From: Eubacteriales bacterium
Lineage (GTDB): Bacteria > Bacillota > Clostridia > Oscillospirales > CAG-272
Reading direction: 5' to 3'
Length of the DNA stretch: 56,177 nt
Assembly: GCA_045614425.1 (NCBI GenBank)
Contig: JAZLCX010000131.1
Coordinates: 1-56,177, forward strand
In this document: positions 36,801-44,904 of the stretch, piece after piece
Position numbering within the stretch: position 1 is the stretch's first letter
Layout: every line of letters begins with the position of its first letter
Translations under genes and position numbers: made by a program
Notes under the pieces: model-generated
The model's database searches: none
What the model was told of the DNA's origin: nothing
Seen by the model: only the letters and a program-made list of their open reading frames with translations

Positions 36801-37768
36801 GTGTTGACTATCACAACTGGTTTGACCTTATCGCAGAGAACTATAAGATTCTTAACGATTATATTGGCGACCTTCAGAAATACGAGATCGTTGACCATGA
36901 CATTCTCAAGGCTGAGCGCGAGGTTGCTGAAGATGAGCTTGCAACTAAGTTCATCGCAATCGAAGAGGAACTTCTTGTTCTTCTCGAAAAACAGATTATT
37001 AATACTGTAGACGAAGCTCTTGCAGGTCTTAAGGGCAACAGTCAGAACTATGACAAGAGAATAAAGATTGTAATATCGAGAGATAGCATAATCGATGCAT
37101 TTGCCGGTATTCTTAATATCTCTAAGGATAGATTTGATGTTCGTCCTTCTGCAAATGCACTTTCATTCAGTGAGAGAATCGATGCTCTTGCCGATGAATT
37201 TGAGGCTGAATACAAAGGCGCTTCGGATGCAGCAAATACCGTTACGGTAAACTTTGAATTTTCTCTTGCAAAGATGCTGACAATGTCGCTTGACGATCAG
37301 CTCTCAGACTTGGCTGGCAAGTACAGCGCTTATGACCCCGATATTGTAAGACTTAACGTTAACAGAGCGGCAATCGTTTCGAGATTTGCAAAAATACTCG
37401 ATAAGGACGTTTCTGAAATCGAAACTTTGATCGGTGCGGAAATCGACGCAGTTATTGCTAAGTACACAAGTGTTTATGACGGTTACCATGAAGACGGTGA
37501 ATACGACCCCGCACTCTCTCTTGTGATTGAGTACAGCGCGTTCGTATACATTGCAGACTCTTACGTTACTTATTCCTTGGCTCTTGACGGCAAGGATTAT
37601 ATCGCAACCGACTTTACGGTTGATAACGGAAACGTAACCATGGTTACTTATAAGTGCGGTGATAGCGTAGTAAGATTTATTCTCAACTACAACAACTACA
37701 AAGTAACCGTAAGACTCGGCGAAACAGAATCCTATACGCTTGACGCGTACGGATTTGTAAGAATCTAA
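33851..37768 (+). CDS. 1305-aa secreted/anchored protein of unknown function (possibly DUF5696-like)
   Basis: The N-terminal signal/anchor is ILSTALVVVMLFTTLIAAVPFAASAA. The rest has mixed predicted beta/alpha content (YVFYPDGSGTVINF, MPVYGVV, LYIEVLGAMD, FKLTGFANGG, IYPDFDFMY) and a coiled-coil insert (EEYKQLAEAEEDAVQKYQYEKQAERYAEL). I recognise no catalytic motif by eye. The DUF5696 label comes from memory of similar gene neighbourhoods and is unverified. Confidence 0.55.
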   Translation: MNIKRILSTALVVVMLFTTLIAAVPFAASAAYSPSSATANANIPEGYEEANLNQADLEAYLAEYVEYDFASAGEMLNYELERGYLYYTNSSGMQYTMFVNKYTGFIYYVNNVTGQILTSNPINPKQAPGVDDKQTLMSQIVINFAEAENSAKAKTYTSFRWAAMRSQISVSPISGGFRVNYTLGDTAARFLLPGWVKADDFEESILKPMFEQFALKMEEYCSGKYPNVNFSFFDNPRYAAYEYECISYTAARKYFSEMQTIYQDVLKRTSPEYKQLNAFRTDINKIMQAYSAKIPAKYIDKSSYKDTLETMYKDYPVTKDGEAIYVYSGSKLPEAKRPLANIIKEYCPDYTFSLMYKQEKECGYEDDSAQQPVFRCALEYTFNSDNTLSVRLPASSITFDETVYILNDIIPLQYFGGADMTNDGYVFYPDGSGTVINFSDFYGDAKTVGIVLEAPMYGLDYCYSKINSIAGISHREQVTMPVYGVVNEVKANPATTLVNPEIKTVTNGYFAIIEEGSALANLMVMSGGSSHRFIGAYAYYTPYPSDTYDLSETLSVGSLGIYKIVSDSKYTGSYVTRYVMLADDELGVKYYGENGYYSSDYVGMATCYRDYLKENGTLKAIENFNEDLPLYIEVLGAMDITAKFLSFPITKNVALTTFNDVATIYDELSKCEELVVQKVEEYKQLAEAEEDAVQKYQYEKQAERYAELIGSIQNIKNINFKLTGFANGGLKSTYPVKLKWVKACGGKSGFKNLLAKADAVNASGEGAFNIYPDFDFMYINKTGTFDGISVKDTASMLVDNRYASMQTYNSVIQEFETVSSLVVNPGVLESLYNKFNSKYSSYGNKNISVSSMGVTLNSNFDKSDAINREDALGMVESVLDTMVNTNGYNVMTDTGNVYALKYASHILNAPVDSSHHRYTSYTVPFMGMVLHSYVNYTGEPINYSGSPAYDRLRAIESGAALYYIVCFRNTSYMKNDADLNKYYGVDYHNWFDLIAENYKILNDYIGDLQKYEIVDHDILKAEREVAEDELATKFIAIEEELLVLLEKQIINTVDEALAGLKGNSQNYDKRIKIVISRDSIIDAFAGILNISKDRFDVRPSANALSFSERIDALADEFEAEYKGASDAANTVTVNFEFSLAKMLTMSLDDQLSDLAGKYSAYDPDIVRLNVNRAAIVSRFAKILDKDVSEIETLIGAEIDAVIAKYTSVYDGYHEDGEYDPALSLVIEYSAFVYIADSYVTYSLALDGKDYIATDFTVDNGNVTMVTYKCGDSVVRFILNYNNYKVTVRLGETESYTLDAYGFVRI

Positions 37769-37782
37769 GATAGGAGGAAAAT

Positions 37783-38736
37783 ATGATGGAAAAATCGCTT
37801 AAAATTCCAAAAAGACGCAAAGCGTCGCTTTCTGCGCGCAAAGCTCGAAAAGGATATTTCTTTGTCGCTCCGTTTATCATTGGTATAGTTCTCATTTATA
37901 TACCTATCCTCCTTGACTCGATTTGGTTCAGCTTTTACGATACCGCCTTTTATACCGATGAGGTAGCAGGCGAGCTCGTTAAGTATTACAAGTCAGCCGG
38001 ACTTCACTACTACAGAACCGCTATCGGTGATACTAATTTCATAACGGCGCTTCTTGCAGGTTTGCAGCAGCTTATATTTGAAATTCCCGCAGTTGTTATT
38101 TTCTCACTCTTCATTGCGGTTGTTTTGAACCAAAAGATGCTTGGTAGAGCAGTGTTCCGTGCGATATTCTTCGTTCCGGTTATTATTTCTACCGGATTTA
38201 TGGAGCAGCTTCTTGCAAACAACAGCGCAGCGGACTATATGGAAGGCGGTGTAAACACCGGTGAACAGCAGGACGCTCAATCTTCGAACGATATTATTTC
38301 GGTTCTCGACGTAGAAAAGCTCTTCGGTTCGATGAAGGTTGGTACGGAGCTTGTCGGTTACGTTGTTGCTATCGTTAACAACGTGTACGATTACATAAAC
38401 TACTCCGGTGTACAGATGCTTATATTCCTTGCAGGTCTTCAGTCGATATCTCCTTCAATTTATGAAGCGAGCCAGATAGAAGGCGCAACGGGATGGGAAA
38501 CATTCTGGAAAATAACCTTCCCGATGATTTCTCCGATGATACTCGTAAACGCAGTATATTCGGCAATTAATGCGTTCACACGCAGTACGAACCCGACTAT
38601 GGTCCATATAACCAATACTGTTGACGACTCTCTCAGAGCTGCAACGTCTTGGATTTATTTCGGCATAGTTATGCTGATAGTAGCAGTTGTTGCGTTGATT
38701 ATGTCAACCTTCATCTTCTATCAGCGAAGGGATTAA
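37783..38736 (+). CDS. ABC transporter permease, MalF-like (second pair)
   Basis: 317 aa with the EAA loop YEASQIEGATGWETFWKITFPMISP and a hydrophilic periplasmic insert (NSAADYMEGGVNTGEQQDAQSSND). Confidence 0.88.
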   Translation: MMEKSLKIPKRRKASLSARKARKGYFFVAPFIIGIVLIYIPILLDSIWFSFYDTAFYTDEVAGELVKYYKSAGLHYYRTAIGDTNFITALLAGLQQLIFEIPAVVIFSLFIAVVLNQKMLGRAVFRAIFFVPVIISTGFMEQLLANNSAADYMEGGVNTGEQQDAQSSNDIISVLDVEKLFGSMKVGTELVGYVVAIVNNVYDYINYSGVQMLIFLAGLQSISPSIYEASQIEGATGWETFWKITFPMISPMILVNAVYSAINAFTRSTNPTMVHITNTVDDSLRAATSWIYFGIVMLIVAVVALIMSTFIFYQRRD

Positions 38737-38748
38737 GGAGGTAGCAAT

Positions 38749-39810
38749 ATGGATTCTAAAACAGTTGTAAGAAAAGAGACAAAGAATAGAATTCGCGTTG
38801 ACTACGAGGGTAAGTTGTCCTTTAAAGAAAGGATTGCGAAAAAGCTCAAAGCGTCTAACACATGGATAAAGGCTGTTGTAAACGTATGCCGATTTATCCT
38901 TATGCTTGGTGTTTCCTACGTTATTCTTTATCCCTTCATTGCTAACATTGCCGGTTCGTTTATGACTATAGACGATATCGTATCTCCTACCGTTGCCCTT
39001 ATCCCTACGAAGCCTACCTTGGAATCGTATAAGATAATCGCGGTAGAGAACCACTACCTTGAAGCCTTGACAAACACGCTTTTCCTCTCGCTTGCATGTG
39101 CTATTATTCAGACGTTTATAGCATGTCTTGTAGGCTACGGACTTGCAAAGTTCAAGTTCAAGGGTAACGGCGCGGTAATGGTAGTTGTTGTTATTACAAT
39201 GATTATCCCGCACGTAGCGCTCAGTTCCGCTATGAAGTCTCAGTTTATAAACTTTGACCTTTTCCACGTATTTGCCTGGAACTATGACGGACCGATAAAG
39301 ATGATTTTCGGTGATACACTTCACCTTAACAGCACGTTCTGGCCGCTCATACTTCTCTCAGCTACAGGTCTTGCCTTTAAGAACGGACTCTATATTTACC
39401 TTATGCGTCAGTTCTTCAAGGGCGTTCCCGATGAGCTTGAAGAGTCTGCGTACGTTGACGGTGCAAACACCTTCCGTACCTTCTTCCAGATTATAATTCC
39501 GCTGTCTGTTCCGATGATGATTACAATATTCCTGTTCTCGTTCTCGTGGCAGTGGTCTGACGTATTCTATACGAGAATATGCTTCCCGGCAGCCGATGCA
39601 ACAACGAATGCAACCTACCTTATGCCCGACGTTGTAAAGGTTCCCGTAGCAGTGGAAAAGATTTATTCAACTCACCCGGGTTGGGGACTTTACAGCCCTA
39701 TGCTCAAGAATACAGCCGCAATGATGGCAATTGCGCCTCTGATTGTTCTTTACCTCTTCTGCCAGAAGTTCTTGGTACAGGGTATTGAGCGTTCCGGTCT
39801 TGTCGGCTAA
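38749..39810 (+). CDS. ABC transporter permease, MalG-like (second pair)
   Basis: 353 aa with the EAA loop EESAYVDGANTFRTFFQIIIPLSVP. Confidence 0.88.
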   Translation: MDSKTVVRKETKNRIRVDYEGKLSFKERIAKKLKASNTWIKAVVNVCRFILMLGVSYVILYPFIANIAGSFMTIDDIVSPTVALIPTKPTLESYKIIAVENHYLEALTNTLFLSLACAIIQTFIACLVGYGLAKFKFKGNGAVMVVVVITMIIPHVALSSAMKSQFINFDLFHVFAWNYDGPIKMIFGDTLHLNSTFWPLILLSATGLAFKNGLYIYLMRQFFKGVPDELEESAYVDGANTFRTFFQIIIPLSVPMMITIFLFSFSWQWSDVFYTRICFPAADATTNATYLMPDVVKVPVAVEKIYSTHPGWGLYSPMLKNTAAMMAIAPLIVLYLFCQKFLVQGIERSGLVG

Positions 39811-39851
39811 TCCCCGGGCTTCCGGATTTGAGCATAACCTAATAAAAAAAC

Positions 39852-39888
39852 AAAGAGGTATTGTGTTGTTTAACACAATACCTCTTTT
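39852..39888 (+). terminator. Rho-independent terminator closing the large operon
   Basis: A perfect 16-bp stem, aaagaggtattgtgtt / aacacaatacctcttt, with a 4-nt loop (gttt). The 3' arm ends in a T-run. Confidence 0.8.
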
Positions 39889-40062
39889 AAAGCTAATGTA
39901 GGGGAGCGGCCCTGCCGCCCCGTTTTAAAAAATTAAAATGCCGTGTCCGTGTGTATTGCCGACTCTTTTGAAATGTGGCTGCCGCAAAAGGCAGAGAACA
40001 TGCTTTCTAATGTACGAAAGAGGCTGAGGCTTTATTTTAAAATTACGTTTTAGGTGAAATCT

Positions 40063-40953
40063 GTGAAAAAGAGAAAAATAATTACAGGGTATATATTCGT
40101 TATGCTGAGCGCTGTGATTTTCGGACTTATGCCCCTTATGGCAAAATTTATATATAAAGAGGGAGTAAATTCCGAGAGTCTTGTTTTTTTGAGAAGCGCT
40201 CTTGCAATACCCGCGCTTTTTGTTCTGGCGCTCGTCACGAAAAGCCCGGTTAAAATCAAGCCGTCAAAGCTTCCGATGATTTCCTTTATGGCGATGATGG
40301 GCTGTTGTGTGACGCCGCTTTTACTCTTTATATCCTATAATTACATACCGTCGGGAACGGCTACGGTTTTTCATTTTGTTTATCCCGCTGTTGTGGCAAT
40401 CGGTGAGTACGTTTTCCTTAAAACAAAATTAAAGGGTGCTCACGTTTTAAGCGTTCTTTTCTGTGTCGTCGGTATATTCCTATTCTATAACGGCGGCGGC
40501 ATAAACGCAGGCGGAAGCATTCTCGCGTTACTATCGGGATTGGCATACGCGGTATACGTAGTTTCGCTTTCGGGCTACAAGAACAAAGATATCCCGACCT
40601 TCACCTTTGCTCTTTATGTAGCATTGGTTTGCTCGGTGGCTATGTTTATCGTATGTCTTGTCAGCGGCACTCTTGCTTTTCCGAGCTCGCTCAAGGGTTG
40701 GCTCTTGGTCGTTTTATTCGCGTTCTTAATCAACGCCGTGGCAGTAGTTCTTTTTCAGAAGGGAACCTTTCTCATCGGCGGCGGCAGAGCATCGATTCTC
40801 AGTACTCTTGAGCCTGTCACGGGAGTCATTGCGGGTGCAATAGTATTTAGTGAAAAGGTGAATATCGCAACGGTTTTCGGTACGGCTTTGGTAGTTACGG
40901 CAAGCGTGCTCATAGCTGTCTTGGATATGAAGTCTGAAAATAAGGATAATTAA
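40063..40953 (+). CDS. DMT-superfamily (EamA-like) transporter
   Basis: The track ORF starts at GTG 40054. An in-frame GTG at 40063 lies 5 nt after aggtga. There are about 10 hydrophobic helices arranged as two EamA-like halves. Confidence 0.8.
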   Translation: MKKRKIITGYIFVMLSAVIFGLMPLMAKFIYKEGVNSESLVFLRSALAIPALFVLALVTKSPVKIKPSKLPMISFMAMMGCCVTPLLLFISYNYIPSGTATVFHFVYPAVVAIGEYVFLKTKLKGAHVLSVLFCVVGIFLFYNGGGINAGGSILALLSGLAYAVYVVSLSGYKNKDIPTFTFALYVALVCSVAMFIVCLVSGTLAFPSSLKGWLLVVLFAFLINAVAVVLFQKGTFLIGGGRASILSTLEPVTGVIAGAIVFSEKVNIATVFGTALVVTASVLIAVLDMKSENKDN

Positions 40954-40964
40954 ATATAAAAAAG

Positions 40965-41010
40965 AAAAACGGATGCTCTCTGCCAAAAGGCAGTGACCAC
41001 CCGTTTTTTT
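40965..41010. terminator. Possible bidirectional terminator
   Basis: aaaaacgg...ctgcc aaaa ggcag...ccgttttttt, between the convergent DMT and mglC genes. The structure is loose. Confidence 0.4.
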
Positions 41011-41039
41011 AATTACAGCGTCTTTCTGAGTGTAGGACG

Positions 41040-42173
41040 TCAGCGCTTCGCTAAATATTTTCTCATATCCACAGCGCAGGCGAGAAGAATTATAAGTCCC
41101 TTTATTATATAAAGCATATTCTGGTCGACCGAAAGGAAATTGAGTCCTACAAAAATTATCTGCAAAAGCAAAACGCCTATCACGATGCCGCCGATTTTTC
41201 CCGTGCCGCCGACGAATGAAACTCCTCCTATAACGCAGGCGGCAATTGCGTCGCTCTCATAGTTTAGTCCGGTGTAGGAGGCTATTGAGCCTATTCGCGC
41301 ACCCTCTATAAATCCGGTTATACCGTACATAATTCCGGCAAGCATAAATACAAGAAGTATGGTTCTGAATACGTTTACACCCGAAACGAGAGCCGCATCC
41401 TCGTTTGAACCAACAGCAAACATATTTTTGCCAAACACGGTTTTGTTCCATATAAACCACATAATGACCGTGATTATGACGGCGTAAAGCACGTATTTCG
41501 GCACCGCTATTCCGTTAATCGAAAACAAAGGACCGCTTATGAAGCTCAGATATGATGCGTCAAGTCCCGAAAGCGTTTGACCGCCGTTATCGCCAATCTG
41601 TAAATAGAGAAGAACAAGACCGAAGAGTATCAGCTGGGTGGAAAGGGTCACTATAAACGGATGAAGCTTAAATTTGGCTACGAAAAATCCGTTTACAAGG
41701 CCTATAAGCGCGCCCGCTGCCATAACTGCAAGGAGAACCAGCGGAATCGGAACAGTTCCGATTCCCGGAAACATCTTGTTGGCGTAAGAGGCGGATTGCA
41801 AAAGAGATGCGGCAATGCAGGCTGTAAGACCTACTGCTCGTCCTGCCGAAATATCCGTGCCCGAAAGAACTATCGCGCCGCCAATACCAAGGGCGATAGG
41901 CAGTCTTGCGGCTGTTAAAGAAATAATATTTATTATTGAAGCGGTTGAAACGAATCTCGGCTCCATAATCGCAATCACAATAATCGCCGTTATGATTATT
42001 ATATACATTGCGTTTTTTAGGATAAAATCCGACACCGTGTTGAGTTTTTCTCTCGGTGACAGCTGCTTGAATTCGGAAATCCGCCGTCCTACACCTTGGG
42101 GCAGGGATTTGATTTTCATCGTAGTTCTTGTAAATATGGAATCGTTTCTGTTATTAGAGTTGTTTTCGGGCAT
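41040..42173 (-). CDS. mglC: Sugar ABC transporter permease, MglC-like (CUT2 type)
   Basis: The track ORF extends to 42269 and overlaps mglA. I prefer the ATG at 42173 (MPENNSNNRND...). The protein is polytopic and has GGTGKIGG and GTDISAGR-type motifs. Confidence 0.85.
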   Translation of the reverse strand: MPENNSNNRNDSIFTRTTMKIKSLPQGVGRRISEFKQLSPREKLNTVSDFILKNAMYIIIITAIIVIAIMEPRFVSTASIINIISLTAARLPIALGIGGAIVLSGTDISAGRAVGLTACIAASLLQSASYANKMFPGIGTVPIPLVLLAVMAAGALIGLVNGFFVAKFKLHPFIVTLSTQLILFGLVLLYLQIGDNGGQTLSGLDASYLSFISGPLFSINGIAVPKYVLYAVIITVIMWFIWNKTVFGKNMFAVGSNEDAALVSGVNVFRTILLVFMLAGIMYGITGFIEGARIGSIASYTGLNYESDAIAACVIGGVSFVGGTGKIGGIVIGVLLLQIIFVGLNFLSVDQNMLYIIKGLIILLACAVDMRKYLAKR

Positions 42174-42195
42174 AATCCCTTTGTGTTCCTTTCTT

Positions 42196-43713
42196 TTAGG
42201 CAAATCTTGTGGCAAGGTCCATAATTTTTTCTTGCGACAGCTCCTTGCCGCTGACCTCGCCCGAAACACGTCCGCCCGACATAACTATGATTCGGTCGCA
42301 GACTCCTATAAGCTCCGGCATTTCGGAGGAAACCAAAATTATCCCTTTACCTTTTTCTGCAAGCTCGATTATAAGCCTGTAAATCTCGTATTTTGCGCCA
42401 ACGTCAATTCCTCGCGTGGGCTCGTCGAGAAGCAGAACCTTCGGCTCGGTAAGAAGCCATCTTCCAAGTATAACCTTCTGCTGATTTCCACCCGAAAGAG
42501 ATGCGATTCTCGTGCTTTTTGACGGTGTTTTTATCTTCATTGCCTCAATGCACCACTCGGTAGCAAGGTTCATCTTTTCGGTTGATAGAATGGGCCCCGT
42601 GCGGTATTTTTTCAGACTTGACACGGTTGCGTTCTCGGTTATCGAGAGGATTCCGAAAATTCCGCTCTCGCGCCTCTCCTCAGTGAGAAGGGCAAAGCCC
42701 TCTTTTATCGCCTCGCGGGGATTATTGTTTTCTATCCTCTTGCCCTCGAGAAAAATCTCTCCGCCCTCGCGCTCTCTTCTGCCAAAAAGAGTTTCAATAA
42801 GCTCTGTACGTCCCGAGCCGTCAAGCCCCGCCACACCGAGTATCTCACCGCGCCTCAATTCAAGGTCGGCAGATCTCAGTCGGGAATATTTGCCGGAGAT
42901 TCCTTCCACTTTAAGCATAACATCCCCGGGGGTGTTGTGTTTTTTCGGATAACGCTCTTCAAGCTCACGACCGACCATAAGCTTTATTATTTCATCGGTA
43001 GTGATGTCGGATGCCGCCTTGGTAGCAACGTGCTTGCCGTCGCGCATAACCGTTACCTCGTCGGATATGCGAAGTATTTCTTCCATCTTGTGAGAGATGT
43101 ATATAATTGCGCAGCCACGCGCCTTTAAGGTCTCGATTATTTTAAAAAGTCTTTCTGCCTCAGCCTCGTTCAATGATGAGGTGGGCTCGTCAAATACTAT
43201 GACCTTTGCGTTATACGAGACAGCTTTTGCAATCTCTACCATCTGTCTTTTTGAGACCGATAGGGTATTCATCTTTGCCCTCGGGCTTGTGTCTATTCCG
43301 AGACCGTCGAATATTTCCTTTGTCATGGAGTACATTTTTTTCTCGCTGGTAAGAGGAATAAATTTCGCGACACGGGGGAATCTGCCAAGCCACATATTAT
43401 CCATTACGGTGAGCTTCAGTGCTTGGTTAAGCTCTTGATGCACCATAGCAACTCCGTTTGCAAGAGCATCGCGCGCACCCGAAAATTCAACCTCTTTACC
43501 TTCAAGAAATATCCTGCCGCTATCGGCGCGGTATACACCGAAAAGGCACTTCATAAGCGTTGATTTCCCCGCGCCGTTTTCTCCCATCAAGGCGTGTACT
43601 TTGCCGCCGTATACCGTGAGAGAAACCCCGTCAAGAGCTTTCACCCCCGGAAAGCTCTTGCTTATATTTTCCATTTTTATAAGGGGAATGTTATTATTTG
43701 TTGTCATTTTCAC
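42196..43713 (-). CDS. mglA: Sugar ABC transporter ATP-binding protein with duplicated ABC domains (MglA-like)
   Basis: 505 aa with Walker A GENGAGKST, signatures LSVSKRQ and LSGGNQQK, and Walker B motifs VIVFDEPTS and LLLDEPTRG. Confidence 0.92.
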   Translation of the reverse strand: MKMTTNNNIPLIKMENISKSFPGVKALDGVSLTVYGGKVHALMGENGAGKSTLMKCLFGVYRADSGRIFLEGKEVEFSGARDALANGVAMVHQELNQALKLTVMDNMWLGRFPRVAKFIPLTSEKKMYSMTKEIFDGLGIDTSPRAKMNTLSVSKRQMVEIAKAVSYNAKVIVFDEPTSSLNEAEAERLFKIIETLKARGCAIIYISHKMEEILRISDEVTVMRDGKHVATKAASDITTDEIIKLMVGRELEERYPKKHNTPGDVMLKVEGISGKYSRLRSADLELRRGEILGVAGLDGSGRTELIETLFGRREREGGEIFLEGKRIENNNPREAIKEGFALLTEERRESGIFGILSITENATVSSLKKYRTGPILSTEKMNLATEWCIEAMKIKTPSKSTRIASLSGGNQQKVILGRWLLTEPKVLLLDEPTRGIDVGAKYEIYRLIIELAEKGKGIILVSSEMPELIGVCDRIIVMSGGRVSGEVSGKELSQEKIMDLATRFA

Positions 43714-44761
43714 CGGTATATGCGGAGTAGGGGATATTTACGCGCCATGAGCCTATAATATTATCGGTTTCGATTCCGTCAAACATTTCTTTATCGAGCA
43801 AAAGATTCTCTGCAATTTTTACTATGGTTTCAGCCATTCCCTCGGCATCCTGACGGATGGTTCCCGTCATAGCGCCACTGTTTATTTTTGCACGAGCGGC
43901 GTCGGTTGCATCGACTCCGAAGACGGGGATTGTCTTTCCGCCGCTCTTATTGTATCCCGCCTCGTTGAGCGCGGCTATTGCGCCAAGCGCCATCTCGTCA
44001 TTGTTGGCAATTATAAGTTCCACCATATTGTTGCCGGCTTCGCTGTATGCCGAAAGAATGGTCTTCATATAATTGTTTGCCGCGGCATTTGACCAAGTGC
44101 CGTCCTGGTCGACAAGATATCCGTTGGTATTCTTTTTGTCATAAAAGACAAGGCTTGGCTTACCCTTGGATTTTAAAATCTTATTAGCATCCTCGACCGC
44201 GTATTTCGTTCTCGCCTCAGCTTCAAGATTACCTTGCTGACCCTTGAATAAGCAGTAGGATATTTTTCCGTCGCCGTTGAGGTCAACAGCTGCGAAATTG
44301 TCGGCAATATAGTTTCCTATAAGCTCGCCTTGCATATGGCCTGCCATCTCGTAGTCGGTGCCGACAAAGGCGCATTTATCGTAAGAGGAGACAACCGACT
44401 CGCTTACCGAACGGTTGAAAAATATAAGCGGAATATTCGCCGCCTTTGCCTTTGCAACAATGGTTTTTGCCGCATCGTCCGAGCCCGTGTCAACTATATT
44501 GACTACGAGCAGGCGCGTACCCTTGGCAATTGCCGTGTCCACCTGCTCGGTTTGAGTGGTCTGGTTTCCGTTCGCATCATAGTTGTGGTAGTCAAGCTTT
44601 GCGGATTTAAGAAGCTTGTTCATTGAACCGCGGACACCCGAAATATAAGTGTCGCTGTACGTGTAGTAAAATACAGATACGTCCTCCGTACCTCTGCCGC
44701 AGGAAACGAGCGAGGTGAGAAGACACGCTGCGACGAGCAGCATTAAAATAACTTTTTTCAT
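43694..44761 (-). CDS. mglB: Galactose/glucose-type periplasmic-binding lipoprotein (MglB-like)
   Basis: The track ORF extends to 44938. I prefer the ATG at 44761, which gives MKKVILMLLVAACLLTSLVSCGRG (lipobox LVSC). The fold is type I PBP-like. RBS ggtga lies upstream. Confidence 0.88.
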   Translation of the reverse strand: MKKVILMLLVAACLLTSLVSCGRGTEDVSVFYYTYSDTYISGVRGSMNKLLKSAKLDYHNYDANGNQTTQTEQVDTAIAKGTRLLVVNIVDTGSDDAAKTIVAKAKAANIPLIFFNRSVSESVVSSYDKCAFVGTDYEMAGHMQGELIGNYIADNFAAVDLNGDGKISYCLFKGQQGNLEAEARTKYAVEDANKILKSKGKPSLVFYDKKNTNGYLVDQDGTWSNAAANNYMKTILSAYSEAGNNMVELIIANNDEMALGAIAALNEAGYNKSGGKTIPVFGVDATDAARAKINSGAMTGTIRQDAEGMAETIVKIAENLLLDKEMFDGIETDNIIGSWRVNIPYSAYTGENDNK

Positions 44762-44839
44762 AAAATCACCGCCTTTTATACGTTTAGCGCTATTTTTTGC
44801 AAAAATCAGCAATATATTCATGAAAAAGCAAAATGCCAC

Positions 44840-44868
44840 TTGAAAAAAAGACTCGGGGGTGATAAAAT
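44840..44868 (+). promoter_or_regulatory. Putative promoter TTGAAA-17-TGaTAAAAT
   Basis: Hexamers at 44840-44845 and 44863-44868 with an extended TG, 37 nt upstream of the ATG at 44905. Confidence 0.5.
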
Positions 44869-44904
44869 ATATAATAAATAAAAACAAAGCGAAAGGAGAT
44901 AAAT

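Noticed and set aside
41815-42522. 235-aa plus-strand ORF across the mglC/mglA junction. Similar antisense ORFs occur at 42512-42952 and 43097-43438.
   Set aside because: These are antisense shadows of the mgl genes. They have no RBS and no motifs.
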